From a virus (Duplodnaviria; Caudoviricetes), in IMG/VR virus record IMGVR_UViG_3300046542_000312, positions 1,260 to 65,259 of that record: a stretch of DNA of 64,000 nucleotides; one strand, written 5' to 3'. The notes under the pieces are model-generated. The model saw only the letters and a program-made list of their open reading frames with translations, was not told where the DNA came from and ran no database searches. This document shows, piece by piece, positions 1 through 9,401 of this stretch; the first letter of the stretch is position 1, and every line of letters begins with the position of its first letter. The position numbers and the translations under genes were made by a program.

Positions 1-2082
1 GACTTCCGGCGGGAACTCTTCTCCGAAGTTCGGAAGCTCGACGCCAGCCATCCTCGACATCTCCGCACGGTATGCGTAGGCAAGATGCTCGGCGAGGTGG
101 GCCTCCATCGTCGCCATCATGGATCCGGCATTCGGGGACTGGCCGACCATCGCCTTCAGCTTCGGGTCGTTCATGAACGCCTGATGAACGGCGATGTGTG
201 CCTCGTGGTCCTGATGCGGGAACACCTTGATCGGCTTCTGCATGAGAACCGACATGTTCTCGCTCATCGGATCCTGCGGCTTCACGTCGTCGATCTTGAG
301 CATCTTGTCGGCGTCCTGAACGCCCATCAGCTCGAGACCCTGCTTGTGCAAGAGCTGCATGTCGTACATTTGTGGAGCGGACTGAGCCTGCTGCATCACG
401 CCCTGGTGACGGAGCATGCGCATTCCCATCGTCGACAAGTTAGGATCCGCCACCGGGAAGATGTACTTCATCACCAGCGCGAAGTCGGCCTGACGGTTCG
501 CATCCTTGATGTCCTCGTAGTCGTATTCCGGCCCCATGAACTCCTGGATGACCAGAGCCACGAGACGGAGCTTCTTCTGCATCGCTTCAAGGATTCGCTG
601 ATGAGTCGCGGACTCGATCTTCACCTGCTGCTCGATGAGCGCCATGACGGTGCCCACAGGAACCTCGCCGGAGACGGCCTTGGAGTCGATGTCCGGGATG
701 GATGCGAGACGGCGCGCGTCCTCGACCAGCGTTCCCATGAGTGCTAGGTGCGTCTGACTGACTTCCTTGGTCGGCATCATGTAGATCGAGTCGGCGATCT
801 TCTGCGTGGTCGTGGAGACATCGCGCAGTTCTCCGGGGCGTACGGGGCTGTCGTCTCCTTCCCAGCGGAGCTGCTTGGATTTGAAGCCGGCCGGAACCGC
901 ATTCATCGTTCCGAGGTCGACGGCCTGGCGGAGCATCTTCGTGGCCGCGTCGGCATTGCCGCCGATGGTGTGCATCAGTCCTAGTCCGTAAGGACTCGTC
1001 AGCGACGGCAGATACGGGAAGCCGACAAAATACTCGATGCGCTTCATCGTGTCGTCTTCCTCGCGCCAGTTGCGGCGGAAGCCGAGCATCTGCTCCGAAC
1101 CCTTGTCGATGGTCACGACGAACGGACGCAGCGGAGGACGGTCTTCCGTGTCTCCGGGCAGGTCGATGTCCAGCTCGATGTGATACTCGAGGATCTCGTA
1201 GGTGCCGTCGTTGGTGCGGGTCTTCTCGACGCCTTCCTTCGCACGCTCCCATTCACGCGCAGTATCGGTCGTGGTGGAGAGCGGAGGCTGGCCGAGGTCG
1301 ACCTTCTTGTAATAGCCCGAGTGGAAGTCTTTCTTCAGCTCGTTCTCGGTCTTGTCGATGATGTGGATGATGCGGCTCGCATCGTCGATGCAGGTGGCAC
1401 CGGACGGCAGGAGAACCTTGTCGGCCGGAATGCACTTGGCCTTGGGCACGCGGTTCTGGCTGTCATAGTAGATCTTCTCGATCCCGATGCCCGACATGCC
1501 GCAGCGCAGGAACGTCTGCTCGGCCTCGGCGCGCGCTCCAGGCATCTTCTGCGTCAACTGGTAGTTCAGTTCGTTGCCGACGCGCATGGCGGCCGCGGTG
1601 ATCTCCGGGTTCTCACGACCCATGATCTTCGTCTTGGCAGGGCCAGCGGGCGGCCAGACGGCGGTCGCGACCTGCGCCTGGTAGCGGAGCACGGATTCGT
1701 TGAAGATCGAGTGCACGGTACCGCAGGCGTTCGGCCACGGCACGGACTTCTGCTCCTTGGCGAGACCGAGCAGGGTGACGGCCTCCTTGTACTGGGTGAG
1801 CCACGTCTGGCGCGCCTGGTCATCCTCATCGAACTTGGCGAGCAGGTCGTTGATCGTCTCGGCCTTCACCTTGTCGTCGATGTGGTCGACGAGGTTCGCA
1901 TCGAACGCCGGAGGAAGCATCGCCTCGACCAGTGCGTCAACGATCGCCATCACGTCGCCGGATTCCATGTCCACGTCGAAGGAATCGGGTTCCGGGGCAC
2001 TATCATCAACGACGACGTCGATCATCAGTCCACCGTCCCTGCTTGCAACCGGGTCGCCGCCTCTGTCGAAAATTTCCGCCAT
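1..2082 (-). CDS. Portal protein (runs off left edge; not in ORF track)
   Basis: ATG at 2082 (MAEIFDRGG...), and translated segments at both ends are in frame. Contains PWPNACGTVHSIFNESVLRYQAQ..PAGPAKT and HLAYAYRAEM..GVELP, typical of podovirus-type portals. Directly follows terL. Confidence 0.85.
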   Translation of the reverse strand, partial: MAEIFDRGGDPVASRDGGLMIDVVVDDSAPEPDSFDVDMESGDVMAIVDALVEAMLPPAFDANLVDHIDDKVKAETINDLLAKFDEDDQARQTWLTQYKEAVTLLGLAKEQKSVPWPNACGTVHSIFNESVLRYQAQVATAVWPPAGPAKTKIMGRENPEITAAAMRVGNELNYQLTQKMPGARAEAEQTFLRCGMSGIGIEKIYYDSQNRVPKAKCIPADKVLLPSGATCIDDASRIIHIIDKTENELKKDFHSGYYKKVDLGQPPLSTTTDTAREWERAKEGVEKTRTNDGTYEILEYHIELDIDLPGDTEDRPPLRPFVVTIDKGSEQMLGFRRNWREEDDTMKRIEYFVGFPYLPSLTSPYGLGLMHTIGGNADAATKMLRQAVDLGTMNAVPAGFKSKQLRWEGDDSPVRPGELRDVSTTTQKIADSIYMMPTKEVSQTHLALMGTLVEDARRLASIPDIDSKAVSGEVPVGTVMALIEQQVKIESATHQRILEAMQKKLRLVALVIQEFMGPEYDYEDIKDANRQADFALVMKYIFPVADPNLSTMGMRMLRHQGVMQQAQSAPQMYDMQLLHKQGLELMGVQDADKMLKIDDVKPQDPMSENMSVLMQKPIKVFPHQDHEAHIAVHQAFMNDPKLKAMVGQSPNAGSMMATMEAHLAEHLAYAYRAEMSRMAGVELPNFGEEFPPEV

Positions 2083-2096
2083 AATCCCGTCCTTTG

Positions 2097-3662
2097 TCAG
2101 TAATAAGCGACAGCGTCGCGAGGTTTCTTCTCTTCGTCGGGGTTTCCACCCCAGCGATCGTTCTCAGTGCCGATGAGCATTCCGTCGCGCATGTGGGCAA
2201 GCGCCTGGCTCATCGTATCGGTCAAGTCGTCCGTCAGGCCGTGCGGGAATGCGGACACCTCCTCGATCATCTCCTGCGCGTACTGGTGGCTCCTGAAGCA
2301 GTACACGCGGCCTGATGCGAAGATGTCCGCGACGCGGTTGACGCGGGCGATCTTGTTGCCGTCCGCTCTCGTCGGGTTGGTCGTCATGACGGGGATGTCC
2401 ATGCTCGAGAGTTCGAATGAGAGCGGACGTCCGGCCGACTTGGTTTCCACCAGCACGAGATCGGGCTTATAGAGATCGTAAAGCTTCTTCGCCGTTATTT
2501 TAAGCTCCGGCCAGAGCATCTTCTTCGCATACGCGTCGATCAGGAATGCGGCATCCACCGACTTGTCCTTCTCGCGGTCGTACATCTCGAAAACGCCCCA
2601 CGTACTGCACGCGGAAGGATTCGATTTCGCCCCGTCGGTATCGGCGCAGTCCCAGCTCTGCATGATGAAGTGGAACTTCGGATAGCCTCCGGGATTCATC
2701 GGGTTCTTGAACGGCCCCGGATTCCAGTCCTTCCACCACTCGTCCTTGATGATCGAGGCCTCGCCGGAGGTCGGCTTCTGGAGATAGGTCGCCGTCCAGG
2801 ACTTGACGGTCAGCGAGGCCTTCTTCATTAGCATCGCCTGGAGCGTCCACATCTCAGGCCACAGGACTTCCGTGCCGTCCTCGTTCATCGCCGGGAATTC
2901 GATGACGCGCCAGTATTCGCCCGTCTCCTTGGCCTTCTCGAGGATGGAGGCCGTTAGGTCTCTCTGCGACCACCGGGTCATGACGAGGACGATGGCTGCG
3001 TCCGCCTGTTCGCGCTGACGGACACCGTTCTGGAACCAGCCGGCGGTCTTCTCGAACTCCTCCTCGGTGGTCTGCTCGGATGACGGGTCGTCGATGAGGA
3101 TTAGGTTACCACCGTGGCCGGCGATGTTGGCTCCGGCACCCGCGGCGAAGTATTCCCCGGAGGCTGTCGTGTGCCACTGGCCGACGGCCTTCTTGTCCTT
3201 GCGGAGTTGGGTCTTCGGATAGATTGCCTGATATTCTGGTGATCCGATCAGATCTCGCACCCACCCGCCGAACTGCGACACGAGGTCGTAGGTGTGGGAG
3301 ATGTGCAGGATTTTCATGTTGGGGTTCTTCCCCATAAGCCACGCTGGCAGGAGCCACGAGGTCATCTCGCTTTTCCCGTGGCGGGGAGGCATGTTGATGA
3401 TCAGGCGCTTCAGCTTGCCGCTGGCGATGTCCTCGAACGCCTGAGCCATCTCGGCCAGATGGCGGCCCCACTTCATCTCCATCGGGAAGCGGGTCGTCCA
3501 CATCTGCTTGGCGAAGTTCTCGAAGTGCTGGTCGCAGAGCTTGGCGTTGTTCCTGCGCGCCATCTCCGCGGCCATGCGGACGAGTTCCTTCTTCGTCTCG
3601 GCTGGGAGCAGAGCGAAGGCGTCTTCATCTTTGACGAGGTTCTGGAGCTGGACGAGATTCAA
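2097..3662 (-). CDS. terL: Terminase large subunit
   Basis: INMPPRHGKSE Walker A, ILIDD Walker B, TRW, SWD, and C-terminal FPHGLTDDLTD nuclease motif. TTG start with AGGAGG. Confidence 0.97.
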   Translation of the reverse strand: MNLVQLQNLVKDEDAFALLPAETKKELVRMAAEMARRNNAKLCDQHFENFAKQMWTTRFPMEMKWGRHLAEMAQAFEDIASGKLKRLIINMPPRHGKSEMTSWLLPAWLMGKNPNMKILHISHTYDLVSQFGGWVRDLIGSPEYQAIYPKTQLRKDKKAVGQWHTTASGEYFAAGAGANIAGHGGNLILIDDPSSEQTTEEEFEKTAGWFQNGVRQREQADAAIVLVMTRWSQRDLTASILEKAKETGEYWRVIEFPAMNEDGTEVLWPEMWTLQAMLMKKASLTVKSWTATYLQKPTSGEASIIKDEWWKDWNPGPFKNPMNPGGYPKFHFIMQSWDCADTDGAKSNPSACSTWGVFEMYDREKDKSVDAAFLIDAYAKKMLWPELKITAKKLYDLYKPDLVLVETKSAGRPLSFELSSMDIPVMTTNPTRADGNKIARVNRVADIFASGRVYCFRSHQYAQEMIEEVSAFPHGLTDDLTDTMSQALAHMRDGMLIGTENDRWGGNPDEEKKPRDAVAYY

Positions 3663-3801
3663 GATGCCTCCTGGGGCTTAAATGAATGCGGCCCAGCATC
3701 ATGGCGAGTGATACTGAGCCGCTTTTTGCGGGGGAGGAAACGGCCCGCATGATCACTCTGCGTGGCCTCGGAATTTTTTAGAATACCGCCTCCCGGAAAC
3801 A

Positions 3802-4056
3802 TCAGAAGCTCAGGAAGCGGTCGGTCTTCTTGCTGGATAGCTTGAGGGAGCGGGCGCGGCCCTCGTTCCAGTCGACGAGGCCGAGAGTCTGAAGACGCCG
3901 GAGCCGCTTGTGGACGGCCACCCTGGAGACGCCGAGATCGGCGCTGAGTTCGGACAGAAGGGGTGCCACCCCCTCTACGGACATGCGGGCCCTGACGGCT
4001 TCGAGCGTCGCCTTCAAGACTGGAGTCCAGCTTGGCGTACGTTCAGTTTCCATCAT
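3802..4056 (-). CDS. LexA-type N-terminal winged-HTH protein lacking the peptidase domain
   Basis: APLLSELSADLGVSRVAVHKRLRRLQTLGLV..GRARSL matches the LexA DNA-binding domain pattern; only 84 aa. Confidence 0.75.
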   Translation of the reverse strand: MMETERTPSWTPVLKATLEAVRARMSVEGVAPLLSELSADLGVSRVAVHKRLRRLQTLGLVDWNEGRARSLKLSSKKTDRFLSF

Positions 4057-4091
4057 TTCCTCCCGTGAATTCGTGACAGGCCCATCGGCCG

Positions 4092-4106
4092 TTAAGCCAA
4101 CGTTAA
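4092..4106 (-). promoter_or_regulatory. CtrA box (TTAA-N7-TTAAC)
   Basis: TTAAgccaacgTTAA, perfect, 36 bp upstream of the LexA-like gene. Confidence 0.7.
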
Positions 4107-4558
4107 TGTCGATTTCGGGAAAGGTGCAAACATGGCCGGATCCGCCGGCAGCAAAACCACTTTCTGGTCTGATCGTACCCGGATCTGGATCGCTTATCTC
4201 GGGCTAGGTGGCGAAAGATATGGGTCGGGGACTCCGGCATGGGGCGGTGATGCGAAATCACGCCGTGGAGCCTTCCGGGTTCCCGCTGGGGTGCGGCGCG
4301 TCCGGAACGCCAGCTATCGCAGCCGGCTGCCTGTGCCTGGCGAAGGATTCGATCCTTCATGCCTACAGGCTTCCCTTCCTTGATATTGTGGTGCCGATTT
4401 CCGGGAATCAAGGACATCTTTCGGGTCTTGAAAGGCCTCGTCAGGGACGGGTATTTTCTTCGATTTTCGAAGCATGCCGTTAACCTGCACCGATTTTCGG
4501 GGTTTCGGATTCAATTCCGTTGTTCCCGTTTTCGTCTACCCATTACTTTTTAGTTAAA

Positions 4559-4571
4559 AATCAAATATTTA
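4559..4571 (+). promoter_or_regulatory. IHF-binding consensus in AT-rich intergenic tract
   Basis: AATCAAATATTTA = WATCAANNNNTTR. Confidence 0.5.
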
Positions 4572-4596
4572 GAGGTTTGAATCGGATTTCAAAAGG

Positions 4597-4646
4597 AATT
4601 AAACATATCCCTTGGGGAGATAAAGACGTATCCCCAGGGGATATGA
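4597..4646 (-). terminator. Intrinsic terminator-like hairpin after 4650..4991
   Basis: CATATCCCTTGGGGA / TCCCCAGGGGGATATG inverted repeat, U-rich tail on the minus strand. Confidence 0.55.
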
Positions 4647-4649
4647 AAT

Positions 4650-4991
4650 TCAGGACTCGTAGATCTCCCTCAGATAGGCTCCCACGCGCTTCTTGAAGTC
4701 GAGCTTTGCGCCGGGTCTCTGTCGCTGGAGTTCGCTTGCGGCACCCTCCATGATCGACCGGAGCGTCGAATCTATCATCGAATACGGCGTCCGGATGGCG
4801 AGCGCCTGGACGTACCGATGAGAGATCTCCTCGGCGAAGGCGCGTGCGATGTCATGGTCGGTCGGGTTGCCGATGGCGAGCTGCTTCTGGCGGTACCGTC
4901 GGCGGGCGGCCGAGGCGGCAGTCTCCTCCTTGTGGGTGTGCTTCTTGGCCGGGCGACCGCGCTTGGCGGGCTTCTTCTTCTCTTCTGCCAT
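4650..4991 (-). CDS. Hypothetical basic protein with AT-hook-like KRGRP motif
   Basis: GGGAG RBS, phage-like codon usage. Confidence 0.7.
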   Translation of the reverse strand: MAEEKKKPAKRGRPAKKHTHKEETAASAARRRYRQKQLAIGNPTDHDIARAFAEEISHRYVQALAIRTPYSMIDSTLRSIMEGAASELQRQRPGAKLDFKKRVGAYLREIYES

Positions 4992-5308
4992 GAATTAATC
5001 TCCCTAAGTGATACGTTGGCGCTGTCTGAAACCCTTGATCTGCGGGCCTTTCCGGACAAATAGGAGGTTAACGGCAGTTAACGCCCGACGCAAACCGCCG
5101 GCGGGATTGTGTTTCTACCAAAAGGCGTTTAGGAGTGCCTCTTTCAACAAGGGATTGAACGTGACGAAAACCGCATACAAGGATTCCGCCATGGTGCTTG
5201 CCGGAGTTTTCCTGTGCTTCGGCATCACCTGCGCCGTGGGCGCACTTGTCCGGCACCAGCCACACACCCCATCAGAGGTGGCTGGTGCCGGATTGAGAAG
5301 GACGTGCA

Positions 5309-7009
5309 CTAAGCCCGTTTGCGACGGTCCTGTGTCACGTTCTTACGCGGGACGGGCCGTGTTGAAGTCGTCTTCCGAACCCGTGTCCGCCGCATTTTCG
5401 TGGATCCGATGAGGCCTCCGTTACCCTTCTGGTCTCCAGTCGCCCGGAAACGTCCGTCCTCGGACAGACAGATGATGGTCCGCTTTCCGCCCTGGTACTG
5501 GAGGATGTGCGCGTGCGCCCATGTCGTCGGGCCTTTGTTGTATCCCTGGTCGAGTTTGGCGGACACGCCAGCGACGTAGACTCCTTCGACGATTTTGGGG
5601 GTGTGGGTGTGGCCGGAAGATGTCTTCGGCCCCATCTTGCGGTACTGGTTCGGCGATCCGCGGGAGCCTCCAGTTCCGAGGTCGCCGTGCATTCCGCACT
5701 CAACGTCGTCGACGAGGAAGGATCCGCCGGATGGAACGAAGTAGATGTCCTCGTGAAGGCCGGCTGCGACCATGGCCTCCTCGACGACGTTGAATCCTTC
5801 CTCGCGGTCTCGGATGGCCTCGTGCCACCAGCTATTGAGGCGGTGCCAGTAGTAGGCATTCTGAACGTCGATCGCCCCGGAGAGATCCTTGAGCCACTTG
5901 GCGAGAGCCGTGTCGTGGTTGGATTCGACGACGACGGACTGGCACCACGGCCTGCGGCAGGCGTTCGCGAAGGATACGGCCTCGGTGACCTCGTCCTCGA
6001 CGCTCTCGGATCCTGCGGCCACGACAAGCGCCATGGTGTGCGGATCCTTGATGTTGTGATGATTCCTTCTTCTGAAGTCGAGAGTGTCCTCGAAGAACTG
6101 ATATTCCGGCTGGAGCCAGTCGAGGAGCGAGCTGGTCGACGTGACCTTGCGCTTCTTCATGTCATATCCCCACGTCGTCATGGCGACCACGGGTTCCATC
6201 ATCTCATAGTGGATGTCACCCCACATGGCGGCGCGCAGCCTCGGGCCTTTCTCGATCTTTCCATTCTTGACGAGGATGTCGAAGTCCTGGAAGGAGCCGT
6301 CGGCATTGGCGTTGATGTGGCGGAAGAATACCTCGCCGTCGATGTCGATCTCGATGATCAGGGCGGCGTATGTGTGATGAAAGAGAGCCTTGCGGCCTGA
6401 GGCGCGCGGCGTGTACGAGGGCTGTGTCACGCAGCCCGTGGAGTAGGCGAACCGGGGCGGCTGGCCCTGCATGCGCGGAATGCTCTCCAGAGCCACTCTG
6501 GCGTGCGGGATGACCACGTGCTGGCCCTTGTTGGCCGTCGTCCAGCCACCGAGGGGATTGGCTGTCGTGGGGAGCACGTTCGCGTCTCCGACCCACAGCA
6601 GGTCATCGGTGAGGTGTACGCGGTCGAAATCAAGGTAGGGAGCGAGTTCAGGGGCGTAGACGGCCGTGGCGGCCGCGTGGTCTTCGTACATGCCCACTTG
6701 ATACGTGAAGGGGCCGACCTTGAACTGTGCGCCGATCTCTTCGGCGAAGACGACGAGGTTGTCGAAGAAGGGCTTGAAGACGGGGGTGTCGTCCTGGGCG
6801 GACGTCGTCACGAGGCGGTGGACGATCCCCTTGGGCAGTCTCGACCAGGTTTCCTGGATCTTCGAGAGGCGGACTGGCTTCTTCCTTTCCTTCTCTGCCT
6901 CCGGCGGGTTGGCGGTCGCCGGAAGCAGAGGGTCTTTTCTGGGCCTTCCGACCCTCCTTCTGCCGGGGGAGTCTGGATTCATTCTCGATGTGGTCATGGC
7001 ATATCTCAC
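5309..7009 (-). CDS. T5 A1-like metallophosphoesterase-fold nuclease
   Basis: GDIH, SNHD, HGD..GSRGS, GHTH and YNKGPTTW motifs; about 560 aa, like the T5 A1 family. Confidence 0.7.
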   Translation of the reverse strand: MRYAMTTSRMNPDSPGRRRVGRPRKDPLLPATANPPEAEKERKKPVRLSKIQETWSRLPKGIVHRLVTTSAQDDTPVFKPFFDNLVVFAEEIGAQFKVGPFTYQVGMYEDHAAATAVYAPELAPYLDFDRVHLTDDLLWVGDANVLPTTANPLGGWTTANKGQHVVIPHARVALESIPRMQGQPPRFAYSTGCVTQPSYTPRASGRKALFHHTYAALIIEIDIDGEVFFRHINANADGSFQDFDILVKNGKIEKGPRLRAAMWGDIHYEMMEPVVAMTTWGYDMKKRKVTSTSSLLDWLQPEYQFFEDTLDFRRRNHHNIKDPHTMALVVAAGSESVEDEVTEAVSFANACRRPWCQSVVVESNHDTALAKWLKDLSGAIDVQNAYYWHRLNSWWHEAIRDREEGFNVVEEAMVAAGLHEDIYFVPSGGSFLVDDVECGMHGDLGTGGSRGSPNQYRKMGPKTSSGHTHTPKIVEGVYVAGVSAKLDQGYNKGPTTWAHAHILQYQGGKRTIICLSEDGRFRATGDQKGNGGLIGSTKMRRTRVRKTTSTRPVPRKNVTQDRRKRA

Positions 7010-7027
7010 TTGGCGATGAGGGGGATT

Positions 7028-7636
7028 TTAGGAATTGGGACTTCGCTTGTTGCGCTCCCTCCATCGGCGGTCAGCCAGGATGGCGTGCCTCGCACGGATA
7101 CGGTTCCTATCTGCGATGGTGTGGCATCCGGCCAGATCTGCGAAGAGCGCGAGCACGGAATCGCTAAGGTTGTAAACAGGCCAAGGATCGCTGACGGCGA
7201 AGATCGGATTGATGCTGAACATCGGCCTGAAGTCGCGCTGGACGTGGAGTTCGACGCCCTTGCGCGCCCACGCCGTGTCTGTGTCAGACTCCCATGCGTA
7301 GTGTGGCTTTGCGGTCACACGCTCCTGCATTTCTTCATATCCGCGGTGGATGACCCCGGCGTCGCCGACCTCGATCGTTCCGGTTCCATGCGTCACTGCA
7401 TCCTCGTATGCCTTCTGCACGGCTTTCTCGCCATACATCATCTCGGCCCACATCCGGTTGATGTAGCTCTTCGTGTGGCTGGTCCGGGGGCGGTCGAAAC
7501 GGATTTCGAGCTTGCCGTTCTTCTCCGCATCGAGGACGTGCTGGAGAAGACTCTGCTGGAAGGGGTACAGCGTCGTCTTCTCCTCGAGGGAGTTCATGGT
7601 GGCCTTGGCGAATGCGAGCATGTCCGTGTCGGTCAT
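7028..7636 (-). CDS. Hypothetical protein (start MTDTDML)
   Basis: ATG overlaps the nrdH stop, AAGGAG RBS. Confidence 0.7.
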   Translation of the reverse strand: MTDTDMLAFAKATMNSLEEKTTLYPFQQSLLQHVLDAEKNGKLEIRFDRPRTSHTKSYINRMWAEMMYGEKAVQKAYEDAVTHGTGTIEVGDAGVIHRGYEEMQERVTAKPHYAWESDTDTAWARKGVELHVQRDFRPMFSINPIFAVSDPWPVYNLSDSVLALFADLAGCHTIADRNRIRARHAILADRRWRERNKRSPNS

Positions 7637-7887
7637 CGTGCCAGCTCCTTGATGAAGTCGGGACGGAAGCCAGTCCACGTGCGGCCGTTGACCTTGACGA
7701 CGGGAGCCTGCGTGTAGCCCTCGACGCGGAGCTGGGCGAGCATGTCGGGATCCTTGGACAGGTCGATGACCTGGTATTCGAGACCAGCGCGATCGAGCGC
7801 CGAGTAGGTCATCCTGCACTGGCTGCAGTTGGGCGTGGAGTAGACGAAAATGGTGTCGTCGTAGATGTCCTGGAGTTCTTCTAGCAT
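7633..7887 (-). CDS. nrdH: NrdH-like glutaredoxin
   Basis: VYSTPNCSQC, QAPVV, WTGFRPD. Confidence 0.92.
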   Translation of the reverse strand: MLEELQDIYDDTIFVYSTPNCSQCRMTYSALDRAGLEYQVIDLSKDPDMLAQLRVEGYTQAPVVKVNGRTWTGFRPDFIKELAR

Positions 7888-7898
7888 GGCGCTTTCCC

Positions 7899-7973
7899 TC
7901 AGATGAGATTGATGGCCGCCACCGTGATGGCGACGGCCCAGAGAACGGAGACTGTGATGACCAGCCTCCGCAT
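7899..7973 (-). CDS. 24-aa single-TM peptide MRRLVITVSVLWAVAITVAAINLI
   Basis: Exactly fills the gap between two co-oriented genes; hydrophobic. Confidence 0.5.
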   Translation of the reverse strand: MRRLVITVSVLWAVAITVAAINLI

Positions 7974-7976
7974 GGT

Positions 7977-8324
7977 TCAGGACTCGTAGTTCGAGTCGTC
8001 GAGGAACTTCATGTTGAACCTCTCGACGATCTGGCTGTCGGACAGCTTTGTGATGTCCGACGTGCCGCGCTTTCCGTTGCCAGCGTATTCGCCGTGCTCG
8101 TGTCGTGACACCGCCTTCGGATCGAAACCGTCGAGGTTCAAGGATTCGACGCCACGAGTGTATGCAACCATCTCAGGAACCGGATAGTCGGCATACGAGA
8201 AATACGCGTCGATGAGCGTTGATGCGGACGGGCTGTGGGATTCGCCAGCCTTCGGAAGGGAGTTGTAGTGATCCGTAAGGATCTTCTTCTTCAAGGATTC
8301 GTACTGCTTGGCTGTGCTGGTCAT
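7977..8324 (-). CDS. Hypothetical protein
   Basis: GGAGG RBS, downstream of a promoter with a CtrA-like box. Confidence 0.75.
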   Translation of the reverse strand: MTSTAKQYESLKKKILTDHYNSLPKAGESHSPSASTLIDAYFSYADYPVPEMVAYTRGVESLNLDGFDPKAVSRHEHGEYAGNGKRGTSDITKLSDSQIVERFNMKFLDDSNYES

Positions 8325-8360
8325 TGGAACCTCCGTTTGTTGACCTGACTAGAGAGTAGG

Positions 8361-8375
8361 TTAACGGCAGGGTAA
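8361..8375 (-). promoter_or_regulatory. CtrA-like box in sigma70 promoter spacer
   Basis: Minus strand TTGCGC-gTTACcctgccgTTAAC-cTACTCT. A second near-box lies at 8483-8497. Confidence 0.55.
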
Positions 8376-8400
8376 CGCGCAAGTCGCCGGCAGAAATGAA

Positions 8401-8435
8401 GAAGCCCTGCGATGAGGGGTCAATCGCAGGGCTTC
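8401..8435. terminator. Hairpin GAAGCCCTGCGAT/ATCGCAGGGCTTC
   Basis: 13-bp perfect stem. Confidence 0.55.
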
Positions 8436-8505
8436 GGTGGGTCTTGGTTGGAACCTTGCGACCACTCTTCAACGATATGCCGTTAAGGATTCGTTAGGCA
8501 AGGAC

Positions 8506-8536
8506 AAAAAAGAAAGGGAGCCACGAAGGACTCCCA
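8506..8536 (-). terminator. Rho-independent terminator
   Basis: GGGAGTCC-TTCG-TGGCTCCC followed by TTTCTTTTT. Confidence 0.75.
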
Positions 8537-8575
8537 GTTGGAAAGGACGGGGTGTATCAGCCCGTCGGATGCATT

Positions 8576-8848
8576 CTACTCCTTGGCCCTAAGTTTGGCT
8601 AGGAGGCTTGAGTTACGGGTCAGGAAGTTGGCCGCATCCTCGGGTTCTGCGCGATGCACAGGCGTCTTCGCCGACGCTCCGATCCCCCACCTTACGTCGA
8701 CGCCCATCTTCTGCAGCGCGAGCACGAGGTTGAAGAAGTGGTAGCCGCGATCCTTGATGTTGAATGTCTGACCGTCGACCGACACCCAGTTGACCGGATT
8801 GTCGTGCTTGCTGGGCTTCACAGGCTTGCCGTGGCGGCCGCTGATCAT
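8576..8848 (-). CDS. Hypothetical protein
   Basis: ATGA-coupled to the upstream gene. Confidence 0.7.
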   Translation of the reverse strand: MISGRHGKPVKPSKHDNPVNWVSVDGQTFNIKDRGYHFFNLVLALQKMGVDVRWGIGASAKTPVHRAEPEDAANFLTRNSSLLAKLRAKE

Positions 8849-9288
8849 GTCTCAAGCCTTTCGATGACGTAGTCCTCCACGCGGTCGGGACGGATGACGA
8901 AACTCCCCTGGAGGAAAGTGGACACGAACAGCCTGTCGCCATCTCTCTGGATGATGGAGATACGGTCTTCGAGGCCTTCGATGGGATCCATTCCATCCTC
9001 AGGAAACCCCGGATCTTCGCCGTCGAGGATGACGCGTCCGTGCTCCGGAGTCGGAACCGCCTCGTTCCCAAGGATGATCACATCATCCGGGTGGCACCAC
9101 TGGAGTTCGGCCGGACGGGAGATCCGGTAGCGCCAGCGGCGCTCGACGCCGTGGCAATCCGTGAAGGTGAAGTTGAAGGAGTCCTTCACGAAGACCCACC
9201 AGTCCTTGCCGACGACGACGTTCAGGCGGAGATGCTCCTCGGACTCGTCGACGAGCAGATGGGCGAGAGCTGTGTTGATGTCGTTCAT
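8845..9288 (-). CDS. Hypothetical acidic protein (start MNDINT)
   Basis: ATGA overlap with the upstream small ORF. Confidence 0.7.
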   Translation of the reverse strand: MNDINTALAHLLVDESEEHLRLNVVVGKDWWVFVKDSFNFTFTDCHGVERRWRYRISRPAELQWCHPDDVIILGNEAVPTPEHGRVILDGEDPGFPEDGMDPIEGLEDRISIIQRDGDRLFVSTFLQGSFVIRPDRVEDYVIERLET

Positions 9289-9401
9289 TTCCATCCCCTT
9301 GCATCGAGTCTTGCACGCAGTCTGTCGTAATGCTCCTGCATCGGCTCCTGTAGCTGGAGCCACGCGAGGAACCACAGGAATCCGTTTGTGAACTTCCTCA
9401 C
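9285..9401 (-). CDS. 38-aa peptide (VRKFTNGFLWFLAWLQLQEPM...)
   Basis: GTGA and ATGA overlaps at both ends indicate translational coupling. Confidence 0.55.
   Translation of the reverse strand: MRKFTNGFLWFLAWLQLQEPMQEHYDRLRARLDARGWK

Noticed and set aside
85-2103. Long + strand ORFs (85..747, 1180..2103) and similar antisense ORFs genome-wide
   Set aside because: Shadow ORFs opposite real genes, expected in GC-rich DNA.
4103-4514. ORFs in the 4.1-4.5 kb gap, and 5115..5309
   Set aside because: No convincing RBS, motifs or codon pattern; left uncalled.
5068-5082. TTAA-N6-TTAAC as a full CtrA box
   Set aside because: Spacing is 6, not 7; at most half-sites overlapping a -10.
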